DNA of 62,857 nt from a virus, in IMG/VR virus record IMGVR_UViG_3300006052_000004, positions 1 through 62,857 of that record; one strand, written 5' to 3'. The position numbers and the translations under genes were made by a program. The notes beneath the pieces were generated by a model. That model was given only the letters and a program-made list of their open reading frames with translations. It ran no database searches and had not been told where the DNA came from. The first letter of the stretch is position 1. Each line of letters opens with the position of its first letter. Below are positions 1 to 8,218 of this stretch, piece by piece.

Positions 1-1231
1 GTCGGAGATGATGGGTGAAGGCACCGCGATGACCATCTACCGTCGGCAGATGCAGCTCGCCAACCGAGACCCCGATGTGAAGATGCGTCATGTGACCATC
101 GACTCACCCGGCGGCGAGATCAGTGGCGTGTTCGATGCGGCCCATGATATGGCCCACGGCAAGCCAACATTCGTATATGCAGAAGACATGTGCATGTCCG
201 GCGGCATGGCTCTAGCAGCGGCCGCCAAGCATGTGACTGTTAACTCAACCGGTGGAATGGGTTCTGTCGGCGTGTACACGGCGATACCTGACACGTCGGT
301 GGCCGATGCCAGACAGGGCCGCACGGTCCACGTCGTGAAGGCCGGTAAGTACAAGGCCATCGGCGTGCAGGGGTCGCCTGTCACAGCCGAACAACTCCAA
401 TCTGTGCAAGATCGTGTTAATGAGCAGCATCGGTTGTTCGTTCGGCACATCGCCAAACATCGTGTAAACATCACACCTGAACAACTTGCAGAAGTTGCAG
501 ATGCCGGTGTCTACATCGGCCGTAATGCGGTCAAGGCCGGCTTAGCCGACGCAGTTGGCACATTCGATACAAGCCACAAGGCAGCCATACAGGCTGCCAA
601 AGAAGGGAAAACATTCTCAATGGCAATCACCAATGAAGAGCTGCGTGCGTGGCTTACCGATCCCGCACCTGCCCCTCAAGCACCGCCGGTTCCCCCGGCA
701 CCCGATCAGACCGCAACCCCGCCGGCCATTCCTGCGGCTGCATCTGTAAGTTACAATGTAACAGCTGAGCAGATGACCCTGTTGGCGGCATTCAATGCGA
801 TCAACCTGAAGACCACCAATGACCTGCGGACACTCATCAATGAGGCACTGACCGGTCGCACAGTCCTCGCAGAAGAGCGCGAGCAGTGTATTAAGATGGC
901 CACCGCTCTGTTTACCGGTGATGATGCCAACCTATCGGCGGTTGCAGAGTTTATCAACTCGGCGCCACTCGGCGTGATCCGCTCTCAGTCACAGATGTAT
1001 GCAGGTTCGCTGCGGGCCCAAGGCCTAGCGGCACCAGAAGGGTCGGCAACGACCCGCCGCTTCTCGACGCCACCGCCTGTGACAACCGAGGGAGGGACAC
1101 CCACGGATGTTCATGTGGCGGAGGCGCCCGAGAAGCCCACCGATCTCGTCCACAAGGCGGAAGAAACACACCGTAAGAAGAACTACGGTCATGTAGTCAA
1201 CCTTCCGAATGTGAAAGGAGCCACCATCTAA
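1..1231 (+). CDS. Prohead (head maturation) protease, peptidase S49/SppA family (lambda gpC-like), with a C-terminal scaffold-like half. This is the 3' part of a gene that starts at 62502 and crosses the contig junction.
   Basis: Motifs HVTIDSPGGEISGV and MCMSGGMALAAAA...GGMGSVGVY are typical of S49/ClpP-fold proteases. The frame is continuous with 62502..62857 through the 24-nt end overlap. The gene lies between the portal and capsid genes. Confidence 0.85.
   Translation, partial: SEMMGEGTAMTIYRRQMQLANRDPDVKMRHVTIDSPGGEISGVFDAAHDMAHGKPTFVYAEDMCMSGGMALAAAAKHVTVNSTGGMGSVGVYTAIPDTSVADARQGRTVHVVKAGKYKAIGVQGSPVTAEQLQSVQDRVNEQHRLFVRHIAKHRVNITPEQLAEVADAGVYIGRNAVKAGLADAVGTFDTSHKAAIQAAKEGKTFSMAITNEELRAWLTDPAPAPQAPPVPPAPDQTATPPAIPAAASVSYNVTAEQMTLLAAFNAINLKTTNDLRTLINEALTGRTVLAEEREQCIKMATALFTGDDANLSAVAEFINSAPLGVIRSQSQMYAGSLRAQGLAAPEGSATTRRFSTPPPVTTEGGTPTDVHVAEAPEKPTDLVHKAEETHRKKNYGHVVNLPNVKGATI
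620..1231 (+). CDS. Possible nested in-frame scaffold protein (lambda Nu3-like internal start inside the protease gene)
   Basis: In-frame ATG at 620 (MAITNEELRAW...) is preceded by AGAAGGGA. It lies just before a Pro-rich linker and a helical C-terminal half. The call rests only on analogy to lambda C/Nu3. Confidence 0.3.
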   Translation: MAITNEELRAWLTDPAPAPQAPPVPPAPDQTATPPAIPAAASVSYNVTAEQMTLLAAFNAINLKTTNDLRTLINEALTGRTVLAEEREQCIKMATALFTGDDANLSAVAEFINSAPLGVIRSQSQMYAGSLRAQGLAAPEGSATTRRFSTPPPVTTEGGTPTDVHVAEAPEKPTDLVHKAEETHRKKNYGHVVNLPNVKGATI

Positions 1232-2256
1232 TGGCGCGAATGGAAATTCAAGGAAATATGCGGTCAAACCCGCGGTGGCTCGCCGACTTCGGCAGCCGTC
1301 GTGCACAGGCCGTATATCCCGCCAAACTCTCTCAGAGCGGGTTCCTCAACCAACTCGGTGTGTCTGTCCTCTTGACGGCACCGAACAATGTGGGTGACAC
1401 GTCGATCGCCGTCACCGCACTCGCGTTGCCATTGCCGTCGATTACCCTATTGTCTGCCGTCAGCACGCTCTTGATCCCATCGGGTTCAATCATCGTGTTC
1501 GACCCGACGGTCGGTAAGATCGCCATCACCACGGCGGATGCACACCAGGGAGATACATCGATCTCGGTACAACCGTTGCCTGTGGCATTGGCCGGCACCG
1601 AGACATCGAAGTGGAATGCATACAACGTCGACTATGTGCCTTCGGCCATCCTAGTGGGACGCGTCTATGCAGCACAGGGTCAGTATGTCATCGGCGACCC
1701 GACGATCCACGACGACCTCGCGCTCCTGCTCTATGAGGTGCCGACCCTCCAGCTGAGGAACGACTGCGAGCTGCTGCGGCCCAACTCGGGCACGACCATC
1801 AAGGAGAACTTCCTGTATTTCTACTCCCTGATGACGGCCGACCCCGGCATCGCGGACCCGACGACCGCGATGGTCCTGACGGCCGCGGGCACCGATGGCT
1901 CGCTTGGTGTAGGCGTGTACTACGTGCAGTATGCCTACGGCAACGCGTACGGCGAGACCAAACCTTCGCCGAAGCAGACCGTCACGCTTGCCTCGACGAA
2001 CCACATCGCGATCGCCGACCTGGGAGCGTTCCCGACCAATGCCACATATATCAAATTCTATGTGTCTCCGGCGGTCGGCGACCCCGATACACAGTGGGCC
2101 AAAAGCCTGTCGACACATGGTGCGACCACCATCCTTACCGGCGGCACCGGTCGTGGGCCACGTAATTTCCAAGAGCCCAATAACACCCAGTCCGGCTTCG
2201 GTCGGCAGTTGGCGTGGATCCGCCAGCACTATAACTGCATCCAGGGAGCACTGTAA
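1231..2256 (+). CDS. Head protein of unknown role (candidate decoration/accessory capsid protein)
   Basis: 341-aa ORF whose start overlaps the protease stop (TAATG). It occupies the lambda gpD position between protease and major capsid gene. No diagnostic motif was recognised. Confidence 0.7.
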   Translation: MARMEIQGNMRSNPRWLADFGSRRAQAVYPAKLSQSGFLNQLGVSVLLTAPNNVGDTSIAVTALALPLPSITLLSAVSTLLIPSGSIIVFDPTVGKIAITTADAHQGDTSISVQPLPVALAGTETSKWNAYNVDYVPSAILVGRVYAAQGQYVIGDPTIHDDLALLLYEVPTLQLRNDCELLRPNSGTTIKENFLYFYSLMTADPGIADPTTAMVLTAAGTDGSLGVGVYYVQYAYGNAYGETKPSPKQTVTLASTNHIAIADLGAFPTNATYIKFYVSPAVGDPDTQWAKSLSTHGATTILTGGTGRGPRNFQEPNNTQSGFGRQLAWIRQHYNCIQGAL

Positions 2257-2258
2257 AC

Positions 2259-3431
2259 ATGGACATCGCTGGACTCGTTCAAACGATGATCGACGACCAG
2301 GCGTTCTTTCGCTTGGTCAACGACCCGCTCGCCCAGTTCGGCACGTCGAAGGAGAACTTCCTCGGCGCGACCATCCTGCCAGAGCGCCCGGTGCCCGACA
2401 ACTCCTTCGTGGAGCAGGCCGTCCGGTACCGAACACCGATCGCGAACCACGGCACCCGCTATAGCCCGGTGCAGATTAAAGAGGGTATGATTTGGGGCGA
2501 GGTCCGTGTGGACCTTGGTAACTCCGACATCGGAGCCGAATTCACCGACAAGCAGTACGATGAACTCGTACGCCTGATGCAGAAGGCCTATGGTATCAAT
2601 GGCCAGGGTGCACAGGTCGGCTCGGCGATCCGCGTGCCGACCATGCAGGCGATGACACAGATCACGAACTGGGTCAAGACCGCGCTCGTCGATCCGCTCC
2701 TGGTCAGGAACGAGAAGGACCGCTGGGACGCGATCGTTGACGCGCAGGTCAACATGTCGGGAGACAACGGGTACTCCGAGACAGTCACCTACCCCAATCC
2801 GACAGGCCACCGCGTAAACGTCGGTGGCACGTGGTCCTCAAACACATACGACCCGTGGACCGACGTGATGGCGGCCGCGGAGTTCCTCCGTGCCAAGGGC
2901 TACGAGGTCGGCCGTATCATCATGCCTGTACAGGTCCGCACCATCCTGTCAAACAACCTGTTGATGAGGCAACGCGCTGGTAAGATCCTCATCCAGACCA
3001 ACCTACTTACCGGTATCCCTGGCCGTTTGACAGACGGCGAGCTCAACAGTCTGTTCAACGATGATGGCCTGCCGGCCTTCGAGCTGTATGATCGCCAATA
3101 CTTCACACAGGGCGATGCGGCTTCGTCTGTCACCACTGCCGGCGTCACGGTCTATGGTAACTGGTATCTCAAACGTACGGTCATGGTGTTCATCGCCAAA
3201 ACCGGACGTGATGAAGAGATCGATCGTGGAGACATGGAGCCTGTCGTCGTACAAGACACACTCGGTTATGTCGGCGTCGGCCGTCCCGCAGGACAGCCTG
3301 TCCCTGGCAAAGCCGTTGAGATCGAGATGCGCACTGGCAAGAACAAGGGCATCGAGGGGCAGGCGTGGCAGACCTCATTGCCGGTCATCCTTGAGCCCGA
3401 GGCCATCTACGTCCTTAAGAACATCGGTTAG
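2259..3431 (+). CDS. Major capsid protein, lambda gpE-like family
   Basis: 390 aa, located after protease/scaffold. The N-terminal FLGATILPERPV...YRTP region and central W..NTYDPW.DV....FLRAKGY....IIMP resemble the phage major capsid protein E family. Confidence 0.7.
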   Translation: MDIAGLVQTMIDDQAFFRLVNDPLAQFGTSKENFLGATILPERPVPDNSFVEQAVRYRTPIANHGTRYSPVQIKEGMIWGEVRVDLGNSDIGAEFTDKQYDELVRLMQKAYGINGQGAQVGSAIRVPTMQAMTQITNWVKTALVDPLLVRNEKDRWDAIVDAQVNMSGDNGYSETVTYPNPTGHRVNVGGTWSSNTYDPWTDVMAAAEFLRAKGYEVGRIIMPVQVRTILSNNLLMRQRAGKILIQTNLLTGIPGRLTDGELNSLFNDDGLPAFELYDRQYFTQGDAASSVTTAGVTVYGNWYLKRTVMVFIAKTGRDEEIDRGDMEPVVVQDTLGYVGVGRPAGQPVPGKAVEIEMRTGKNKGIEGQAWQTSLPVILEPEAIYVLKNIG

Positions 3432-3472
3432 TGGTCACAGGCCCCCGACTGGGCCTCTGATGGAGAAGATAA

Positions 3473-3883
3473 ATGGCGAAAACCAAAGTGTTTGTGGGGA
3501 ACAGTGAGCATGACCAGTACATGCTGCATGGTCAGATACTCGGTCCTGGCACTGTTGAAGTCGACGAAGTCGACCTTGAGGATTTCCTCGTCTGCATCGA
3601 ACGTGCGAACAAAGACCGCCCACTGAAAGATCGTGTCAACCCACGCGCGGTTGGTACCCCAGCGCCTGTCAAGCTGCAGGAGGCCACGCTTGAGGAGCTG
3701 CAGACTATGCTTGCGATCAAACAGGCAGAGGCCGCACCACCTGTCACGGTTCCAGAAGCGATTGTCACCGGTGAGAACACGGTGTCGACCACACCACCTG
3801 TGACCATGGCACCTGTGACTCCACCGGTGACTGTGCCGCCGGTCATTGAACCACCGAAGCCTGTCGTCTCGCCTGTAAAGTAG
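3473..3883 (+). CDS. Hypothetical head-associated protein with Pro/Val/Thr-rich tail
   Basis: 136-aa ORF in the late operon with AGAAGATAA-ATG context. The C-terminus has PPVT repeats. Confidence 0.6.
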   Translation: MAKTKVFVGNSEHDQYMLHGQILGPGTVEVDEVDLEDFLVCIERANKDRPLKDRVNPRAVGTPAPVKLQEATLEELQTMLAIKQAEAAPPVTVPEAIVTGENTVSTTPPVTMAPVTPPVTVPPVIEPPKPVVSPVK

Positions 3884-3890
3884 GGAACAA

Positions 3891-4766
3891 ATGGCACTTC
3901 TGTTCACGGGTCTCAGGTTGTCGGATAGTGGCAACCTCGTTGGCGACACCCTGATGCTCAAACATCAGGAGTCGTCCAATGCCAATTTTACCATGGATAC
4001 GCCGACAGTCAATGTCAATGGCCCTACAGGGTTGATGACACCGAGTGTCACTGTCATTCCTGGTACGGCGGCAGAAGTGCAACTTGTACAGGCCACTGTC
4101 TCCGAGGCTGTCGCTGGACAGTACCAGGTTGACTGGATAATGCCGATGTCAGATGGGCAGACAGTCATGCGTAGTGAGATATACTTTGTCTCATGGACGG
4201 AATTGTATACCAATATCCGTGCACTTCTACGACTCGACTCGACTGTTCTTCTAAACTCTGACATGGATATGGTATTGTCACAAATCATCACCATGATTAC
4301 CGGCCCTGGTATGTACCAGACGGTACTACCATCATATTCTGGATTGATCCTTGCAGACCGTATCCCATTTGACCAGGCTCTAACACTAATGGCCGCGGCG
4401 TATCTGCGACCATTCTTACCAAAACAAGTGGCCACCGGCGAGGTTGTCAAGTTCCAAAGTGGTACCGATGTATACCAATGGGCACAGCCTGTTCGTAATG
4501 AGAAGAACAAGCCAATCGAAGAAATATGGATAGATAGATCATGGGAACTCCTTGTAGCCACACAGACAATCGGTAACATCATCCGTAATATTCAGGACAA
4601 TGCACCGTTCTTTCGTGCCAATGGTTATCGTCGCCGACAGATCAATCCGATCGTACTTAATGAATGGGGCGAGATATATCAGAACCCTTTATTTACGCGG
4701 TGGTCGGGATGGCTTGAGACAGGGCGCGATTTCTCATTCTCATGGGGGAGAGGCAACGGATGGTAG
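3891..4766 (+). CDS. Hypothetical structural protein (head-tail connector region)
   Basis: 291-aa ORF, co-oriented and tightly packed in the structural operon. Confidence 0.65.
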   Translation: MALLFTGLRLSDSGNLVGDTLMLKHQESSNANFTMDTPTVNVNGPTGLMTPSVTVIPGTAAEVQLVQATVSEAVAGQYQVDWIMPMSDGQTVMRSEIYFVSWTELYTNIRALLRLDSTVLLNSDMDMVLSQIITMITGPGMYQTVLPSYSGLILADRIPFDQALTLMAAAYLRPFLPKQVATGEVVKFQSGTDVYQWAQPVRNEKNKPIEEIWIDRSWELLVATQTIGNIIRNIQDNAPFFRANGYRRRQINPIVLNEWGEIYQNPLFTRWSGWLETGRDFSFSWGRGNGW

Positions 4767-5161
4767 CATTCGGTGCATCATTCATTAATATGCTCCAGAA
4801 CATGACCAAGGCAATGGCGCCTGACACTCTGGAGATCAACCCCATACAAGAGGTTGACGACGGATATGGTCACAATGTGCAGACCTATCCACATAGTGCT
4901 GTCTATTATCAAGGTCGCATCCAAGAGGTCACACGTGTACCTGGCACGCCTGATATGGTCGGCTCTACAATGGTTGTTGGAAACTTCATCATTAAACTTG
5001 AGGCCGATGCGATCGTCCCACAGAAGGCACAGATTGTACCTGTGTACTTCGATGGTAATGGCAATGTATCAACGTATGGTGATATATACCAGGTAGAGAA
5101 TGTCTATGAAGACAAACAGGATAAGTTGTCTCTATCGGTGTACTGCTATAGGATTAAATGA
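4742..5161 (+). CDS. Putative head-tail joining protein
   Basis: 139-aa ORF between the capsid and tail genes. Its stop overlaps the next start (ATGA at 5158). Confidence 0.55.
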   Translation: MGERQRMVAFGASFINMLQNMTKAMAPDTLEINPIQEVDDGYGHNVQTYPHSAVYYQGRIQEVTRVPGTPDMVGSTMVVGNFIIKLEADAIVPQKAQIVPVYFDGNGNVSTYGDIYQVENVYEDKQDKLSLSVYCYRIK

Positions 5162-5880
5162 TGTATCCATCAGATAGAATAGTTCTGGCCCGTAATGTAA
5201 TCAAACTCAATGATGAAGTCATTAAGTCGCTCCCTGCGAAGGTTGAGCGTAAGATACAGGCTAGCATCTATCGACTTGGACAGGAGATACGCGATAAGGC
5301 CCGTAGCCTATGCCCGAAGAAGACAGGTGCACTTGCGGCCTCGATCTATGTGACACGCGGTGTACAGAATACAGGTGCGAATAAGTCTACCGCACCATTT
5401 TCACAATCAACGCATGGCTACTTCCGTGCAATTAATGCGGCACGCAAGAAGAATAATCGCATCGATGTTATGGATGCCGGACAGGGTGTCAATCCGATTA
5501 CACAGAGGCCAAGTACAAGTGCTGGCATGCAGTCCGTGATGACAAAAATCAACGGCGTCATGTATAGGGCATATACAACTGGTGAACACAGTGTTATAAG
5601 GAATATCATCCCATCGTTAGATATAGGCGGCAAAGATCGTGTCGAGAATACAATCCATGATGAATTTGTTACACCGACAATCACAGAGATAGGTGGTGCA
5701 GGACGTAATACATTCTTTGTGACTGTAGGTGCAGCGGCCTTCTATGCTGGCTTTGTCGAATTCGGACATCATACTGCAGGCAAAGATGTACCACCACATC
5801 CATTTCTTGGACCGGCGATTGAGTGGGGAAAAGATCGAGCCGTTGCACTTGTGCGGGCTGAGATGGCATCAATGAGATAG
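5158..5880 (+). CDS. HK97 gp10-like head-tail joining / tail completion protein
   Basis: C-terminal FVEFGHHTAGKDVPPHPFLGPAIE matches the EFG...PF(L/M).PA signature of the HK97 gp10 family. Confidence 0.65.
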   Translation: MMYPSDRIVLARNVIKLNDEVIKSLPAKVERKIQASIYRLGQEIRDKARSLCPKKTGALAASIYVTRGVQNTGANKSTAPFSQSTHGYFRAINAARKKNNRIDVMDAGQGVNPITQRPSTSAGMQSVMTKINGVMYRAYTTGEHSVIRNIIPSLDIGGKDRVENTIHDEFVTPTITEIGGAGRNTFFVTVGAAAFYAGFVEFGHHTAGKDVPPHPFLGPAIEWGKDRAVALVRAEMASMR

Positions 5881-5888
5881 GAGATGGT

Positions 5889-6329
5889 ATGTCTCACGGT
5901 GTAGAACTACTTGATGCTGTCAAACTATTACTACAACTGAGGACCGATGCAGGTCTACAGGCACTCTTTCCAGCCAGTACAGTCGTGATGTATACCGACT
6001 TTGTACCACGTGAACCACCGGCTGTGTACATAGTTATTTCACTTGTGCAGGATAGAGACACTAACACGATTGGTGTTAATCGCGTTATGAACAGTCCGAC
6101 ATTCCACATAGAGGTTATAGGTCGTGAAGTTGGTTATGATGTACTTAGACCGATCTCTGAGTACATCGATCACAAGATTACTGCCTATAGCTTTGCACAG
6201 CAGGTCGGCAATACATGGGTCGGCCAATTCATGCGACAGAACGTTATCATGCACGCCGATAACCTTGATAATGTTAGGTGGTATTGCCTAGGCGGTATCT
6301 ACGACACAAGAGTGTTCACCACACAATAG
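5889..6329 (+). CDS. Putative tail completion/terminator protein (DUF3168-like pattern)
   Basis: 146 aa, immediately upstream of the tail tube gene. The N-terminal pattern LL.AVK.LL....AGLQALF......Y.DFVP...P.VYIV resembles DUF3168. Confidence 0.5.
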   Translation: MSHGVELLDAVKLLLQLRTDAGLQALFPASTVVMYTDFVPREPPAVYIVISLVQDRDTNTIGVNRVMNSPTFHIEVIGREVGYDVLRPISEYIDHKITAYSFAQQVGNTWVGQFMRQNVIMHADNLDNVRWYCLGGIYDTRVFTTQ

Positions 6330-6338
6330 GAGATGTGA

Positions 6339-7598
6339 ATGACGAACTTTGAAAGGGCCTCAGTATATGAGGGCGTGCAGATAGGTGTAGAGACCACGCC
6401 CGGCACGGCCGTTGCATGTAACAAGCGTCTACTCGGTCTCCAGTTCGACCTGGAGAACATGACGGACATCAAGACGTATCGTCCGCAAGGAAACAAGTTC
6501 ATCACGACCTCGCAGCAAGGTAAGGAGATGACTTCAGGACGCATCGAAGGCATCCTGTGCTTCAATGATCTTGTATACCTTGCATCATGTTGGCTCACAA
6601 CGACCACACCTACGGTCCCAACGAACAACAGTACATGGGTAGTATCGGCGACCACAACCAACACGGTCGGTTTCACATTCAAGGGTTCTGTCCTTGCAGC
6701 GGCAGCCTATACGACCGCGGCACTCTTTCAGACCGCGATCGCAGGTATGGCATCTGTTGGGGCTGGCAATGTACTGGTCACAGGTACACCATCGACCGGA
6801 TGGGTCATCCAGTTCATCGGCGCACTGTCTACAGACACATCGGCGATCACATCTGTGACAGGAACCGCTTCTGCGACGATTACATTACAGGCTGCGGCCA
6901 CACTGACGAACCGGTGGAAGTTCGTCATGGCTCCAACCGGACCTGATAGTGTGACTACCCTCACTGTCCAGAAGGGTGCTGCCGGTGTGTCAAACCAGGC
7001 ACAACAGGCTGCATTCGCATTCATCGGTGGCATGCAAGTTAAGCTCGCCAAGAGTGAGGCATCGTTCACTGGTGATATGGCAGCACAGACCACACTCGAC
7101 CCTGTGACTATGACATCATCACCGACAGACATTACCTGTGTACCTGTCGATCCACGTGCAATCAACATCTGGATGGGGCCGGCTTCGACTTCTGTCACAC
7201 AACTGCTGCGGTGCCTTGAGTTCGAGTTTGGTGTCATGAACCGGGCCAACGGATTAATGACACTCAATGCGAATGATACATCATTCTCGAACCGTATCGA
7301 ACTAGCACCAAATCTGACTTCGCGCATGTTCCTCGAGCATGACGCCCAGGGACAGGCAGCACTCGCTTCGCTCCGCGCGGGCACACAACAGATCACGGTC
7401 ATCGAGGCGCTCGGTCCGCTGATCGAGACCGGCTTTCCATACCGCATGAAGTGGACAATCTGCCAGAAGCTCATCAAGCCGAATACGGCAGATGTCGATG
7501 GTGTTTACGGCCGCAACTATGACACTGAGTTGCAGTACAATTCGGCACTTGGGACGGCGATCCAACTTGAAATCGACTGCCCACTGACTGCTCTATAA
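6339..7598 (+). CDS. Major tail (tube) protein with large internal insertion
   Basis: 419-aa ORF directly upstream of the G/GT chaperone pair and tape measure, which is the conserved gene order. A Thr/Ala/Gly-rich beta-type insertion is present. Confidence 0.6.
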   Translation: MTNFERASVYEGVQIGVETTPGTAVACNKRLLGLQFDLENMTDIKTYRPQGNKFITTSQQGKEMTSGRIEGILCFNDLVYLASCWLTTTTPTVPTNNSTWVVSATTTNTVGFTFKGSVLAAAAYTTAALFQTAIAGMASVGAGNVLVTGTPSTGWVIQFIGALSTDTSAITSVTGTASATITLQAAATLTNRWKFVMAPTGPDSVTTLTVQKGAAGVSNQAQQAAFAFIGGMQVKLAKSEASFTGDMAAQTTLDPVTMTSSPTDITCVPVDPRAINIWMGPASTSVTQLLRCLEFEFGVMNRANGLMTLNANDTSFSNRIELAPNLTSRMFLEHDAQGQAALASLRAGTQQITVIEALGPLIETGFPYRMKWTICQKLIKPNTADVDGVYGRNYDTELQYNSALGTAIQLEIDCPLTAL

Positions 7599-7622
7599 TC
7601 ACACGGCTAAGGAGGCTAAACC

Positions 7623-8033
7623 GTGGCATTTAACATTAATAAGTATAGCGAGATAACTCGCGATGCTTTCGTCGACTATGGAGAGAATGGCAAGCTAAAC
7701 TTCGTCTACTACCCTAACAGGTACACGCCGAACTTCGAGAAGGAGTTGGCGAGTGCAAAAGATGAAACAGCCGGTTCGTACCTAAAGGCGATGATGCTGC
7801 CCATCTTGAAGTCATGGGATGTTGTAGAAGAGACACCTGTCACAGACATAGACGGTAAACCTGTACTCAACGAGGACGGGACGCCAAAGATGACACAGGT
7901 ACCTGTTCCATTGACCGAGGAAGGGGTCGGCAATATCCCGCTTGAAGTCATGGGTGACATCGTCAAGGCCATGGCCGCAGCGATGAAGCCGGGGGAATCG
8001 ACGCCCACCGTATCAAGCGGTTCCTTGAGCTAG
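7623..8033 (+). CDS. Tail assembly chaperone (gpG-like)
   Basis: 136-aa acidic ORF (GTG start) between the tube and tape measure genes. Confidence 0.7.
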   Translation: MAFNINKYSEITRDAFVDYGENGKLNFVYYPNRYTPNFEKELASAKDETAGSYLKAMMLPILKSWDVVEETPVTDIDGKPVLNEDGTPKMTQVPVPLTEEGVGNIPLEVMGDIVKAMAAAMKPGESTPTVSSGSLS

Positions 8034-8218
8034 GTGGGCGTGGTACAAACAATAATCCGCCCGAATGGTATGTAATCATTCGGGCGGCCCGATACCTAGG
8101 TGTCGCTCCATGGGAACTCGAGGATCAGTGCGTGGAGTGGATATATCGGGCATTGACTGCGCAGAACTGTGAAGACTGGCATAAGTCATTGATTGACGCA
8201 CGAAAGAACCGACACTAA
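7989..8218 (+). CDS. -1 frame extension giving a gpGT-like frameshift product (slip at CCGGGGGAA, 7989-7997)
   Basis: The -1 frame is open only from 7958 and stops at TAA 8216-8218, overlapping the tape measure ATG. It encodes ...PEWYVIIRAARYLGVAPWELEDQCVEWIYRAL. A G5 run is the only homopolymer slip site in the permitted window. Confidence 0.55.

Noticed and set aside
6728-7477. 249-aa minus-strand ORF
   Set aside because: It is antisense to the major tail protein gene in the middle of a tightly packed rightward operon, and no motif supports it.
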